From the sequence record DRR723986_9343: a stretch of 52,288 nucleotides of DNA, one strand, 5' to 3'. Below, in pieces: positions 18,294-27,778 of the stretch; positions within the stretch are counted from its first letter, which is position 1, and every line of letters starts with the position of its first letter. The notes under the pieces are model-generated. The model was not told where the DNA came from. It did no database searches and saw only the letters and a program-made list of their open reading frames with translations. The translations under genes were made by a program, and so were the position numbers.

Positions 18294-20969
18294 ATGTTTG
18301 CATTCAGACGCGTATTCACCATCGTTGTGTCGGTCGGCATCCTGCTTGGCGATTTGGTGCACGAAAACACGCTAGCGCAGGACCGCGTCGAAACCATAGC
18401 GGATGTAACGGCTGCTGGAGCGGAGCCGATTCTGAGCAGCGATGAGTTGGAGCTCACGCTTTTCGCCCGAGATCCTAAAATTGTGACTCCGATTGGCTTG
18501 GCCATTGATGATCGCGACCGGCTTTTCGTCATTGAATCTCACACACACTTGCGGCCAAGCAACTATTCAGGGCCATCCTCCGATCGCATCAAGGTCTTCG
18601 TCGACGAGGATGGTGACGGAATTTCCGATCGAGTTGAGGTGTTTGCGGATGGGCTAACCGAGGCGATGAACTTGGCATTCGGGCCCGACGGAGATCTTTA
18701 CGTAGTGTGCGCACGTGAAGTCGTACGCTTTGCCGCCCCAAACGGTGGGCTGAGCGCCCAATCTCGCTCGACAATTGCAACGCTAAGAACGCGGGAACGC
18801 TACGCGCATAATTCTTTGCTGGGCGTTACCGTCGCAAGCGATGGCAGCGTTTTCATCGCTCGAGGCAACACTGGCAGCAATGCGTATGAACTGGTTGGTT
18901 CGGATGGGTCGAGTGTTTCTGGCTATGGCGATGGTGGAAGTGTTATTCGCATGGACCCAGGTGGCGAGAACGTCGAAGGGGTCGCGACGGGATTCTGGAA
19001 TCCTTTCGATCTGAAGTGCGACCACCGTGGCCGCCTATTACTCGTCGACAACGATCCGGATGCTCGTGGTCCGAATCGGTTGCTGCAAGTCCTGCGGGGA
19101 GGTGATTACGGGTACAAGTCGATGTATGGGGGCAGCGGTACGCACCCGTTCCAAGGCTGGAATGGAGAGTTGCCTGGTACGCTGCCCTACATTGCTGGTT
19201 GTGGCGAAGCACCCAGCGGGCTCATCGACTTGGCGTTTACCAATTTCGGAAAGACCGGGCCAAGCACCACCGACGTGCTGGTGACGATTTGGAATGAAAA
19301 CAGTCTGGAGCGATTTTCCGTAACAGATGCCGATGATGGGCTAAGCGCCACCAAGTCGGTGTTCTTGAAGGGCGGAAAAGACTTTCGCCCCGTTGCCATG
19401 GCGGCAGACAGCAAGGGGAACTTGTTCATCACCGACTGGGTGAAAGTTGATTATCCCAATCATGGTCACGGAAAGATTTGGCGAGTTGCGGCCCGCGATC
19501 GAAGCAAGCAGGTACATCTTGCTGCTACAGAAAATTCTGCAGATGAATACCGACCTCTTCCAGATGCATTGCTCATGGAGGAGCTGGTAAGTACGAACCC
19601 GTACAAGCGACACCGCTTGATCCAGGAGCTGGCGAACCGACCGAACGTGCTCGCAGTAGCGATGTCAAGCGAGTTGCCTGAGGTGCGCCGAGCCGCATTT
19701 CTAGCCTCTCAAAGAAGTGAACCTGGAAACCTGGCTTGGCTACGTCGTGGCTTGGCGGACGAGGATTCCGAGATCCGAACGCAGTGCTTGATCTGGGCGG
19801 CGGAGAGGTTTGAGCCGACGCTTGCACAGGACTTGGATCAAGTGCTTGATCAAGCAACCCTTGATCCTGTTGAATTTCGAATTTGGTACGAAGCCAAACG
19901 AAATCTTCAAGTTGCGTTTTGCAAGCTAGTGAAACAACGTGGGCCGTCGAAGGCGAATAAGCTAGAGCGACCAGAGCTTCCGGACCTACTCGTGCAAGTC
20001 ATCGTTGACGAATCGCGGGCGGCGGCTGTGCGTGCGATGGCGATTGAGATCCTGCCACCGCAGGCACTGGTTGATCAGCCAGAGCTCTTGCCGCCGCTTT
20101 TGCTGTCGAGCGAGTTCGAACTGGTGAAGGCTAGCGTTAAGCGGTTGGCCGATGACAGCAGGCTGCTTGATGATGAGAAGTTGACGCGGCTTCTACAGCG
20201 CGTAGCTACTGACGAGTCGATGCGAGTGGATGTTCGTTCCGAAGCAATCCTTGCGCTGGGTGAAGTTCGACTTGAGAATTGGTCTTTCCTGGAGCCAATA
20301 GTGCTCGAAGGACGCGAGCAAATTCGCTACGCCGCGGCTCGTGGCTTGCGAACCGCTGCGCGTCGGAACGCAAGTGCACGAGAGCTTGCGGCCGACTTGC
20401 TGTCGAAAACAGGAGAAGAGCGAGAGGCGAATGCTGCCGTTGCTGAGCAGTTGAATTTGGCTAGTGGTAAGGACGAAGCCCTCGTTCCGGCATCAGACAA
20501 ACTCACGCCCGCAGATTGGGCCGAGCGTTCAACGAGCCGTGGCGTTGCTTACCGCGGAAAAGCTGTCTTCTATGATTCGCAGCTAGGCTGCGTGGGCTGT
20601 CACCAACAAAACACCCGCGGGGAGACGCTTGGGCCGGATCTAACCAGCGTCAGAAAGAGCAAATCGCGGTCTCAAATTGCCGAGTCGATCATGAGGCCCA
20701 GTGCGGAGTTTCCACCTCAGTATCAGGCTTGGCAAGTTGTCGACGCGGACGGGATGGTTCACAACGGACTCCAGCTCGATCATAAAGCCAATGGAGCCAT
20801 TCAAATGATCGGCAGTGACGGACGCACATTGCGATTCGAGGCCGAGGATGTTATGGATTACCGAGCGTCGACCAGTTCACTCATGCCAAGCGGATTGGTG
20901 CAGAGAATGACGGTGCAGGAATTTGCGGATTTGATCGAGTATCTAGCCAGTAGACAAGAGACGGAGTAG
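18294..20969 (+). CDS. PVC-type membrane-bound dehydrogenase / heme-binding CxxCH protein (beta-propeller, HEAT-like repeats, cytochrome c)
   Basis: LELTLFARDPKIVTPIGLAIDDRDRLFVIE, DEDGDGISDRVEVFADGL, FRPVAMAADSKGNLFITDW, C-terminal GKAVF...CVGCH...GPDLT...SLMPSGL. GAGGAG at 18282-18287 supports ATG 18294. Confidence 0.87.
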   Translation: MFAFRRVFTIVVSVGILLGDLVHENTLAQDRVETIADVTAAGAEPILSSDELELTLFARDPKIVTPIGLAIDDRDRLFVIESHTHLRPSNYSGPSSDRIKVFVDEDGDGISDRVEVFADGLTEAMNLAFGPDGDLYVVCAREVVRFAAPNGGLSAQSRSTIATLRTRERYAHNSLLGVTVASDGSVFIARGNTGSNAYELVGSDGSSVSGYGDGGSVIRMDPGGENVEGVATGFWNPFDLKCDHRGRLLLVDNDPDARGPNRLLQVLRGGDYGYKSMYGGSGTHPFQGWNGELPGTLPYIAGCGEAPSGLIDLAFTNFGKTGPSTTDVLVTIWNENSLERFSVTDADDGLSATKSVFLKGGKDFRPVAMAADSKGNLFITDWVKVDYPNHGHGKIWRVAARDRSKQVHLAATENSADEYRPLPDALLMEELVSTNPYKRHRLIQELANRPNVLAVAMSSELPEVRRAAFLASQRSEPGNLAWLRRGLADEDSEIRTQCLIWAAERFEPTLAQDLDQVLDQATLDPVEFRIWYEAKRNLQVAFCKLVKQRGPSKANKLERPELPDLLVQVIVDESRAAAVRAMAIEILPPQALVDQPELLPPLLLSSEFELVKASVKRLADDSRLLDDEKLTRLLQRVATDESMRVDVRSEAILALGEVRLENWSFLEPIVLEGREQIRYAAARGLRTAARRNASARELAADLLSKTGEEREANAAVAEQLNLASGKDEALVPASDKLTPADWAERSTSRGVAYRGKAVFYDSQLGCVGCHQQNTRGETLGPDLTSVRKSKSRSQIAESIMRPSAEFPPQYQAWQVVDADGMVHNGLQLDHKANGAIQMIGSDGRTLRFEAEDVMDYRASTSSLMPSGLVQRMTVQEFADLIEYLASRQETE

Positions 20970-20974
20970 TGAGG

Positions 20975-21793
20975 ATGAGCGAATTTGAAGTCGGTTTCTT
21001 GGGTGGCGGAAAAATGGCGACGGCGCTTTGCAAAGGCTCGATTGCTGAAGGAGTCTTGCGAGAGGAAGCCGTCGTTCTGGCTGAGCCGAATGCCGCCCAG
21101 CGGAAACACCTGCAAGAACAGTTTCCAGCGGCGACGATTGTTGCCACGGCGGAGGAAATGATTCCGCGGACGAAACGCGTGATCTTGGCGGTGAAGCCAC
21201 AGGTCTTGACGGACATTGCTCCGCATCTAGCACAACTAGTCACGGAAGAACAATTGGTTGTGTCGATCATCGCGGGCATTGCACTAGCGGATCTTCAGGA
21301 CAAGCTAGAAACGAAGCGAGTTGTTCGCGTGATGCCGAACACGCCAGCTCAGGTTGGCTGTGGTGCGTCGGGTGTTTCGGCCGATGGGCACCTTGCGGAC
21401 GAGGATATGAAGTGGGTGCAGAGCCTGATGTCGAGCGTCGGAACCTGCTACCGCGTGCCTGATAAATTGCTGCATGCGGTAACGGCGGTTTCTGGATCGG
21501 GGCCAGCCTATGTCTACATGATAATCGAGGCGCTTAGCGACGGCGGCGTTGCGATGGGACTGCCCCGAGAGATGGCAACCGAGCTGGCTGCCCAGACGTT
21601 GCTTGGAGGGGCAGAGATGGTTCTACAAACCAGAAAACATCCGGGTGCACTCAAGGACGAAGTGACGAGTCCGGGGGGGACGACCATTGCCGCGATCCGG
21701 ACACTCGAACAGGGCGGGCTACGAAGTACACTGATGGAAGCCGTCGCTACGTGTTACAAAAAGAGCTGCGAGCTCTCCGGTGCAGAAAAGTAG
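20975..21793 (+). CDS. proC: Pyrroline-5-carboxylate reductase
   Basis: VGFLGGGKMA, LAVKPQ, VRVMPNTP, TAVSGSGPAY, LKDEVTSPGGTT. Confidence 0.96.
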   Translation: MSEFEVGFLGGGKMATALCKGSIAEGVLREEAVVLAEPNAAQRKHLQEQFPAATIVATAEEMIPRTKRVILAVKPQVLTDIAPHLAQLVTEEQLVVSIIAGIALADLQDKLETKRVVRVMPNTPAQVGCGASGVSADGHLADEDMKWVQSLMSSVGTCYRVPDKLLHAVTAVSGSGPAYVYMIIEALSDGGVAMGLPREMATELAAQTLLGGAEMVLQTRKHPGALKDEVTSPGGTTIAAIRTLEQGGLRSTLMEAVATCYKKSCELSGAEK

Positions 21794-21802
21794 GTCAGGC
21801 GG

Positions 21803-24800
21803 TTACTCTTCCTCTGAATCGTCTTCCGCGACCGTTGTCGTCGTGTTGGCGGAAGCTTTGGGGGCCTTGAACTGACGCAGTGTTACCAGGCAATCGTAGC
21901 CCCAGATGGCAGCCACCAAGAGTGCCGCAAAGGTTGCGATCAGGCCGATGTTCAGGCTCAGTCCATTGATCGAGAGGAGTACGCCAGCAACGATTGCTCC
22001 CGTCAACGCGACGCCCGCTTTCATGCTCAGGGACGTGATTACCCTACGGCGGTTGCTCTTGCTGATCGCTGTTCGTGCCGAGCTATTGGCAATTTCTCGC
22101 ATCGCCGCAAGCTGGTCGGCTGACTGGGGATTTCGCCGCAGGCGAGCAGCTTGCTGCTCTTTTTGAGCTAGGACGGCAATTTGTTCCGGGGACAGGCCTG
22201 CCGACTCAGAACTTGTCTGGTCCTCAGGTGTATCGCTTGCGGTTCCATTTGATGGGTTCTCAACCGCGGCGGAAGCGGTAGCGAACGAGTTACTCACGCC
22301 AGCGTCCGTCGAGGCAGGAGCGGCGCCCGAAGTTGGCTCTTCGGAGACTGGTTCTGGTGCAGGTGCCGGTGCAGTCGTCTGCTTCTCGGACGCCGCTTTG
22401 GGTGCTTCGGGTTGTGATTCTGTCTCGTCTCCACGCATGCGGGCGAGGAGCCGTTGCATGTAGGCTTCTACGCTCTCTTCTTCTCCTTCGCCATCGTTTT
22501 GAGCGTCGGCTTCATTGCTTTCACCGGTTGAACTGGCATCGGCGGTTGATGCAGCTTCGGCAGGCTGCCCTAGCTCGGATTCGACAGCCATTTCGACGCC
22601 AGAAAGCGAGGCGTCTAGGCGGTCGTCCAACGCCGCGGGAGAGTCTAAAGCGTCAGCGGTCTCGGCATTGGTGCCTGATTCCAAGGGCTCTTGGGCAGGC
22701 TGCTGGTCTTGAGCTTCAGCATCGCTGCCGATGAATTGTTGGAAGAGGTCCGTTGCCGCTTCACCAGTGCTGGTCGCCTCTTCGGACGCATCCGCGGCAG
22801 GGCCATCGCTGTCTTGGCCGAACCCGAAGAAGCTCTCCTCTGATTCTGCTTCTGGGGCAGAATCTATCGCTTCATCGTTCTCAACTGCTGCACTTACAGA
22901 CGCATCGACGTGGAGAACTGCGGATGTGTTCTCAGTGGGCTCTTCGATCGTACTTGTGCCTACTGCTGGGCTCTCAAGAATCTGCTCAGGCTCTGCCCGT
23001 TGCTCGATCGGGAGGTCTGGTGTTGGCTCTGGTTCTGCAAAGCGAAATTCTGTAGATGCTTCTGCATCACCAACGGGTTCGTCGAAAGCAGGTGCGTCAA
23101 CGATTGGATCTTGGGCAAACGAATTGCCTAAGTCGCTGGACTCGATTTGAGAGGCCTCAGGCGATCCGAACTCATCGGACGAGTTACTTCCGGCAGGCGT
23201 TGATTCTTCATCCCACCAAGACGGCAGGCTCGACACCGACTCTTCGCGCTCTTCTGAATCCGTAGGTGCATTCACGGAATCCGTCGGTGCATCAAACAGC
23301 TTTGTCGCTGCTTCGAGAGTTGGGAACTGACCGAAATCCTCGAATTCTGACGATGCAAGCTCTGCTTGCTCGGGCTGACTAACCTGATTCTGCTCCGGCA
23401 ATTCGTCGTGCGAGGCCTGTTGATCGACATCAACGAAGCTGGCGTTGCTCGAATCGACTACTGATGTACCAATCTCTTCGTGAGAAGCAGTTTGTTCGCT
23501 GTCTTGGTAGCTGGGCGTCTCGGTCGCGTCGCGGTCTCGGAAAATCGCCTCAGGGCTGTCTTCGGGCGGCAAGCTGCCAAGCCCAAAGAACTCATCTTCC
23601 GAACCAGCAGCGTTCTCCTCATCGGCTGCGTCTTGCCCCAATCCATCAATGTCTGATGAAGTCGACTCAGCGGGAAGTTCATCCCATTGTGAAAGGCCGA
23701 GTGCTTCCGTGAATGGAATAGCAGGAGGAGGAACCGGGGCGTCCTCCAATCTCTTTTCGAGTTCAGGTGCAGTTTGAGGTAGTGGTTCCTGGGGCACAGG
23801 TTCCTGTTCCTGCGAAACAGGTTCCTGGTTCACAGATTCTTGTGCGAGTTCACCTTCAGAGGACGCCACACTCTCTGACTCGATTTCGGGCCCAGGGGCC
23901 GGTCCGTCTGCTACCTCGGGAGCCTCTAATTGCCCAGCATCTTCTAGCTGCCCAGCATCTTCTAGCTGCCCAGCGGCTTCCAGGGACCATGGATCGATGG
24001 CTGCTTCGGCTTGGGGCTCTGCAACGGCGTTGAGCTGAGTCTCGTCGGCTGCCAATTGATTCTGAGTCGCGATCAGCTCACGCAGTTCCTCTTCGGGGGC
24101 GGGGGGGAGCTCAGCGACTTCAGCATCATCGCTCGCGATGTTTTCTTGTGGCGATGCGACAGCACCAGCGGCTGAGTCGCCAACACTCTCTGCAGCGGTC
24201 GTGGCATTCGCTTCGACCGACGTCTGGTTCGCATTCAACTGCTCGAACCACTCCGGCGACGCAAACGACTCAACGCTCATTTGTGAGGTCGGAGAGTCAC
24301 CTTCGTGCAATTCCGGTTGATCGACGATGCACAACGAGCTGTGTGGAACCATCTCGTTTAGATCAAGGTCATGCTCCCGAACGGTCGCTGCCATGACGCT
24401 GTGCGAGTCTGCGATTTCTTGGCTGTAACGCTGCAATTCAGACGGGTCGAGCTGGTGGGCGGTTTCTTGCGATTTCTGGTGCAGTTCGCCAATGGATTTC
24501 TCAAGTGTGTCCAGTTTCTCTTGGACGCCCGTCTTCCACTCCCGCTCGTTCTCTTCGGTTCGCGTTCGGGACTCATTCAGGTCCTTGAGCGCATCGGTGA
24601 CCGCGACAAATCCCTGCTGCAACTGTTCGATTGAGGAATTCTGGACCTCAAGCTGATTGGTGACAACTTCTAGCTCCGCTGGGCTGTCAGACTGTTCGGC
24701 ATTGACAAGCCGCTCAATTGTACTGAGCTGTTGGTTGACGTCCGAAATGCGTTCGGTGATGACTTCCATTGCCGCCGATTGGCGTACAGTGACTGTTTCG

Positions 24801-25567
24801 ATTTGCGTACGCAGTTCATTGGCGATGTCGGCGTCCAGCTTTGGCGCGTCCTGATCCGTCACGTTCTGTTCTGCGGAGACAGGCAAGTCGTTTCCGCCCT
24901 CGCTAAAGGCGAGTCGGCGAGAACGTTTGCGGAGTCTGCGCTGTGCTTTTGCTTCGTCCTGGAGCTCACTGATTGGTCCGACTACTTCACCAAGTCGCTT
25001 TTCAAGCGGGGCGACTGCTTCGCGAACCAGTTCGGACACCCACTGCGAAGTGGTGCGATCAGGTGCAGAGTCCGCCAGCGGACGCAGTGAACTTGAGGAT
25101 GTACTGGTAACGATCGACGGTGAAGGCGGAGTGGATGTTGTTAGGGGCCGTGCGAGGGCGAAGCTCATCCGCTTCTTTGCCTGCGGAGAATTGCTCTCAG
25201 GTTCCTGTCCGCCTCGCAAGAGTTCAAATTTGTGCCCGGCGATCTCAAACTGGCCGATGTCGCCGACGAGAAGGATTTCGGTGACCGGTGTACCATCGCG
25301 AGTGACGCGGGGCGCAAGGGCGCGAATGAAACTTTGTCGTGCACCCAGAACGATCAATGCATGGTAAGGTGCAATGCCAGGGAGATCACAGCGCAGGGGG
25401 CAATCGGAGGCCGAGCCCAGGGTGTATTTCTTGCCCTTGATGAGCCATTGCTGAACAGTCTGTCCTCCAGCCCCTCGAACAGCCAGCTTGGCGGATGGAT
25501 TTCCGGACTGGGTTGGAATGACTAAAGGGAACTGGGGCACGGTCCCGGAATTTACTTGCGACGTCAT
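21803..25567 (-). CDS. Large acidic low-complexity protein with N-terminal FHA-like domain, coiled coil and two C-terminal TM helices
   Basis: KYTLGSASDCPLRCDLPGIAPYHALIVLG (FHA-like), heptad region around ITERISDVNQQLSTIERL, ~700 aa of E/S/A/P-rich sequence, EESVEAYMQRLLARMRG, two hydrophobic helices at the end. Start uncertain (ORF open to 25702). Confidence 0.75.
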   Translation of the reverse strand: MTSQVNSGTVPQFPLVIPTQSGNPSAKLAVRGAGGQTVQQWLIKGKKYTLGSASDCPLRCDLPGIAPYHALIVLGARQSFIRALAPRVTRDGTPVTEILLVGDIGQFEIAGHKFELLRGGQEPESNSPQAKKRMSFALARPLTTSTPPSPSIVTSTSSSSLRPLADSAPDRTTSQWVSELVREAVAPLEKRLGEVVGPISELQDEAKAQRRLRKRSRRLAFSEGGNDLPVSAEQNVTDQDAPKLDADIANELRTQIETVTVRQSAAMEVITERISDVNQQLSTIERLVNAEQSDSPAELEVVTNQLEVQNSSIEQLQQGFVAVTDALKDLNESRTRTEENEREWKTGVQEKLDTLEKSIGELHQKSQETAHQLDPSELQRYSQEIADSHSVMAATVREHDLDLNEMVPHSSLCIVDQPELHEGDSPTSQMSVESFASPEWFEQLNANQTSVEANATTAAESVGDSAAGAVASPQENIASDDAEVAELPPAPEEELRELIATQNQLAADETQLNAVAEPQAEAAIDPWSLEAAGQLEDAGQLEDAGQLEAPEVADGPAPGPEIESESVASSEGELAQESVNQEPVSQEQEPVPQEPLPQTAPELEKRLEDAPVPPPAIPFTEALGLSQWDELPAESTSSDIDGLGQDAADEENAAGSEDEFFGLGSLPPEDSPEAIFRDRDATETPSYQDSEQTASHEEIGTSVVDSSNASFVDVDQQASHDELPEQNQVSQPEQAELASSEFEDFGQFPTLEAATKLFDAPTDSVNAPTDSEEREESVSSLPSWWDEESTPAGSNSSDEFGSPEASQIESSDLGNSFAQDPIVDAPAFDEPVGDAEASTEFRFAEPEPTPDLPIEQRAEPEQILESPAVGTSTIEEPTENTSAVLHVDASVSAAVENDEAIDSAPEAESEESFFGFGQDSDGPAADASEEATSTGEAATDLFQQFIGSDAEAQDQQPAQEPLESGTNAETADALDSPAALDDRLDASLSGVEMAVESELGQPAEAASTADASSTGESNEADAQNDGEGEEESVEAYMQRLLARMRGDETESQPEAPKAASEKQTTAPAPAPEPVSEEPTSGAAPASTDAGVSNSFATASAAVENPSNGTASDTPEDQTSSESAGLSPEQIAVLAQKEQQAARLRRNPQSADQLAAMREIANSSARTAISKSNRRRVITSLSMKAGVALTGAIVAGVLLSINGLSLNIGLIATFAALLVAAIWGYDCLVTLRQFKAPKASANTTTTVAEDDSEEE
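23928..23980 (-). repeat. 18-bp in-frame tandem repeat, about 3 copies (AGQLED)
   Basis: Plus strand TGCCCAGCATCTTCTAGC twice, then a partial third copy TGCCCAGCGGCTTC; protein reads EAAGQLEDAGQLEDAGQLEA. Confidence 0.85.
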
Positions 25568-25908
25568 GTCGATCCGACTCCATTTCGCCCCGGCGTGGTA
25601 AACCATAAGGGTGCCGGGCACAGTTGCGGGCAAACGTGAATTTCCTCTGACCAAAACACTTGACCCACCACAGAGTGGTTGGAATGTCCAGAGCGAGGTC
25701 AAAACGAAATCCTCTCGTCATCGCCTATCGGCACTTCATTCTGGTATCTAGTCCGCAAGCGATCTTTTCGCGTGGACATTCTTCCGCATGGAACTCGTAT
25801 GTTGGATGTTCCGTTTTGGCAGGTGGACAGAAGAATTGTGGTGGTTAAACCGTGTTTCTGCTAAAGTACCGCCGCGCTCCATTTGATTCTTTTTCTACGG
25901 CGGTGAGT

Positions 25909-26514
25909 ATGACGATTAGGACAATAGATCTGCCTGTTGGCGCACCGCCGGAGATCGTTCAGCCGTGGCTGAGGGACTGCAGAGCGCGAATCGAACTTTA
26001 CTGGGATTCGTTTCCTTCCAAGCCTCTGCCCCAGTACGTTGAAAGTGATTTTGATTCGGTCGCCTCAGCGATGCAGATCTGCCTAGAGAACTCGATGGTG
26101 GATGGCAATTTGTTCTGCGAGTGGGGCGCTGGATTTGGAGTGATAACGGGTATCGCCGCGCTGTTGGGGATGGACGCCGTTGGCATCGAAGCGGAGAGTT
26201 TTCTTTGCGAACAGGCAGAGAAGCTGTTTGAAAAACACGATATCACTGCCGAAATGTGGCAGGGAAACTTCTTACCCGGCGGATCACGGGACCTCGCTAT
26301 AGATGAAGACCCGCTGGTCAGTCTCACTCATGACATTCCGCCGGCGTACGATAGCAGAGATGTGAAGATCGATGATTTTGCAATGATCTTTGCCTATCCT
26401 TGGCCTGGCGAAGAGCATTTTCTGAGGTTGGTGTTTGACCGATTTGCTCGGAGCGGTGCAGTCATGGTCATGCATCGGGGCCCCAATCACGTTGAAGCCA
26501 TAACCAAGACGTAG
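25909..26514 (+). CDS. Class I SAM-dependent methyltransferase-like protein
   Basis: FCEWGAGFG (motif I-like), AVGIEAE, WQGNFL, IFAYPWPGE; ATG at 25909 chosen. Confidence 0.7.
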   Translation: MTIRTIDLPVGAPPEIVQPWLRDCRARIELYWDSFPSKPLPQYVESDFDSVASAMQICLENSMVDGNLFCEWGAGFGVITGIAALLGMDAVGIEAESFLCEQAEKLFEKHDITAEMWQGNFLPGGSRDLAIDEDPLVSLTHDIPPAYDSRDVKIDDFAMIFAYPWPGEEHFLRLVFDRFARSGAVMVMHRGPNHVEAITKT

Positions 26515-26584
26515 AGGCTAAGCGAGAGCTCTCTCGTGCTCAAGCAAGCTAGTAGTTATCGCAAAAAGAGGCCCTTACGGGGCG

Positions 26585-27595
26585 TTACTGCGTCTTCTCA
26601 ACTAGCCGTTTGCCATCGAACACGACGCTGGCGTTTTTGCGTTGCGTAGTTCGCCGCTTGTCGACGAAAACAGTGCCAACTGGAATCGAATACTCACTCA
26701 ATTCGAAACGGCTCGGTGCAACTGACTGATTCACTTCGAACGAGTCGTACTCTACCTTGGTCGTCAACTTAGAAATGACCTCGGGCTCGTCCGTGATCGA
26801 ATTTACTCGAGTCTTGGTGACCGTGTTAATAAATTCAGTCAGATAGTGGTTCTCACCGTCGGTTTCCCAACGCAAGTTGTATTCGCGAATGGGAATGCCA
26901 TTGTCGGTTCGTTGAGTGCTGACGCGTCGAAGGTCATAGCCAAACTGATCGAAGACAAAAAACTTCGTGTCGTAGGATGTCATCGTTTCGACGGCCTTAA
27001 AGCCACCGCCGACCAGTGGAGTGACTTGGGTGCGCGACGGTTTCACACGGCTTATGTTGAGAGCGTCTTTCCAGATGTAAACTGGGTGTTCAAACGGAAA
27101 GCCCGCTGATCTCAATACCGCTTGCCTGGCAAAAGCAAAATAGATTTCTCCGGTGCAATTGCCCTCTCTGTCCCACTGAGCATGATAGAGCGCTTCGCCG
27201 TCAAAGATGATCAGCTCTTGAGAGACGCCGGCATCCAGCCAAGGCATCGCCCACTGTTTGTCGTCCTCTCTCTTGGCTCGCAGTCTGGTACGATTGACGA
27301 TCTTGATCGCAAACTTCGGTGAATCGTAATGCAAATCTAGAGTGGCGTCGGTCAGTTGAAGCGGGCCTGGCTGTGAAGACTCTTGCAGATGGACCGAGAG
27401 AGTGCCTGAACCAGTGGCCCTCTTCAGCCGCTGTTCGACATCAAGTCTTGCTGCATCGGCTTTGGCGAGTCTGCTTTGAACCGTCTTTTCAATTGGATCA
27501 GCGCAGTGTGCGGCGGGGCCGCTAGCACCAAACGCAATTGTCGCGATGGCGAAGCAGAGCGAATTCGTCACGTTTCGAGACTGAGTTGATCGCAC
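26585..27595 (-). CDS. Hypothetical secreted protein (beta-rich, possibly LolA-like fold)
   Basis: Signal-peptide-like SLCFAIATIAFGASGPAAHCA; LIIFDGEALY and KVEYDSFEVNQSVAPSRFEL resemble carrier-fold termini. The fold is an inference. Confidence 0.6.
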   Translation of the reverse strand: MRSTQSRNVTNSLCFAIATIAFGASGPAAHCADPIEKTVQSRLAKADAARLDVEQRLKRATGSGTLSVHLQESSQPGPLQLTDATLDLHYDSPKFAIKIVNRTRLRAKREDDKQWAMPWLDAGVSQELIIFDGEALYHAQWDREGNCTGEIYFAFARQAVLRSAGFPFEHPVYIWKDALNISRVKPSRTQVTPLVGGGFKAVETMTSYDTKFFVFDQFGYDLRRVSTQRTDNGIPIREYNLRWETDGENHYLTEFINTVTKTRVNSITDEPEVISKLTTKVEYDSFEVNQSVAPSRFELSEYSIPVGTVFVDKRRTTQRKNASVVFDGKRLVEKTQ

Positions 27596-27778
27596 GAGAG
27601 CGGGGACGCCTGATGACGTAAGCTAAGAAAGGGAAGGTGGTCGGCGGGGAAGCGGCCGGGCTGCCGCTCAACGCTATAGCTTATCTGCTGCGAACCGAAG
27701 ATGCCATGATGTTCGCCGCAAGTGTGCAAAACGCGGAGCTGAAACTTGCGGTCAGAGCTGCCGGCACGTCGCAGAAGC

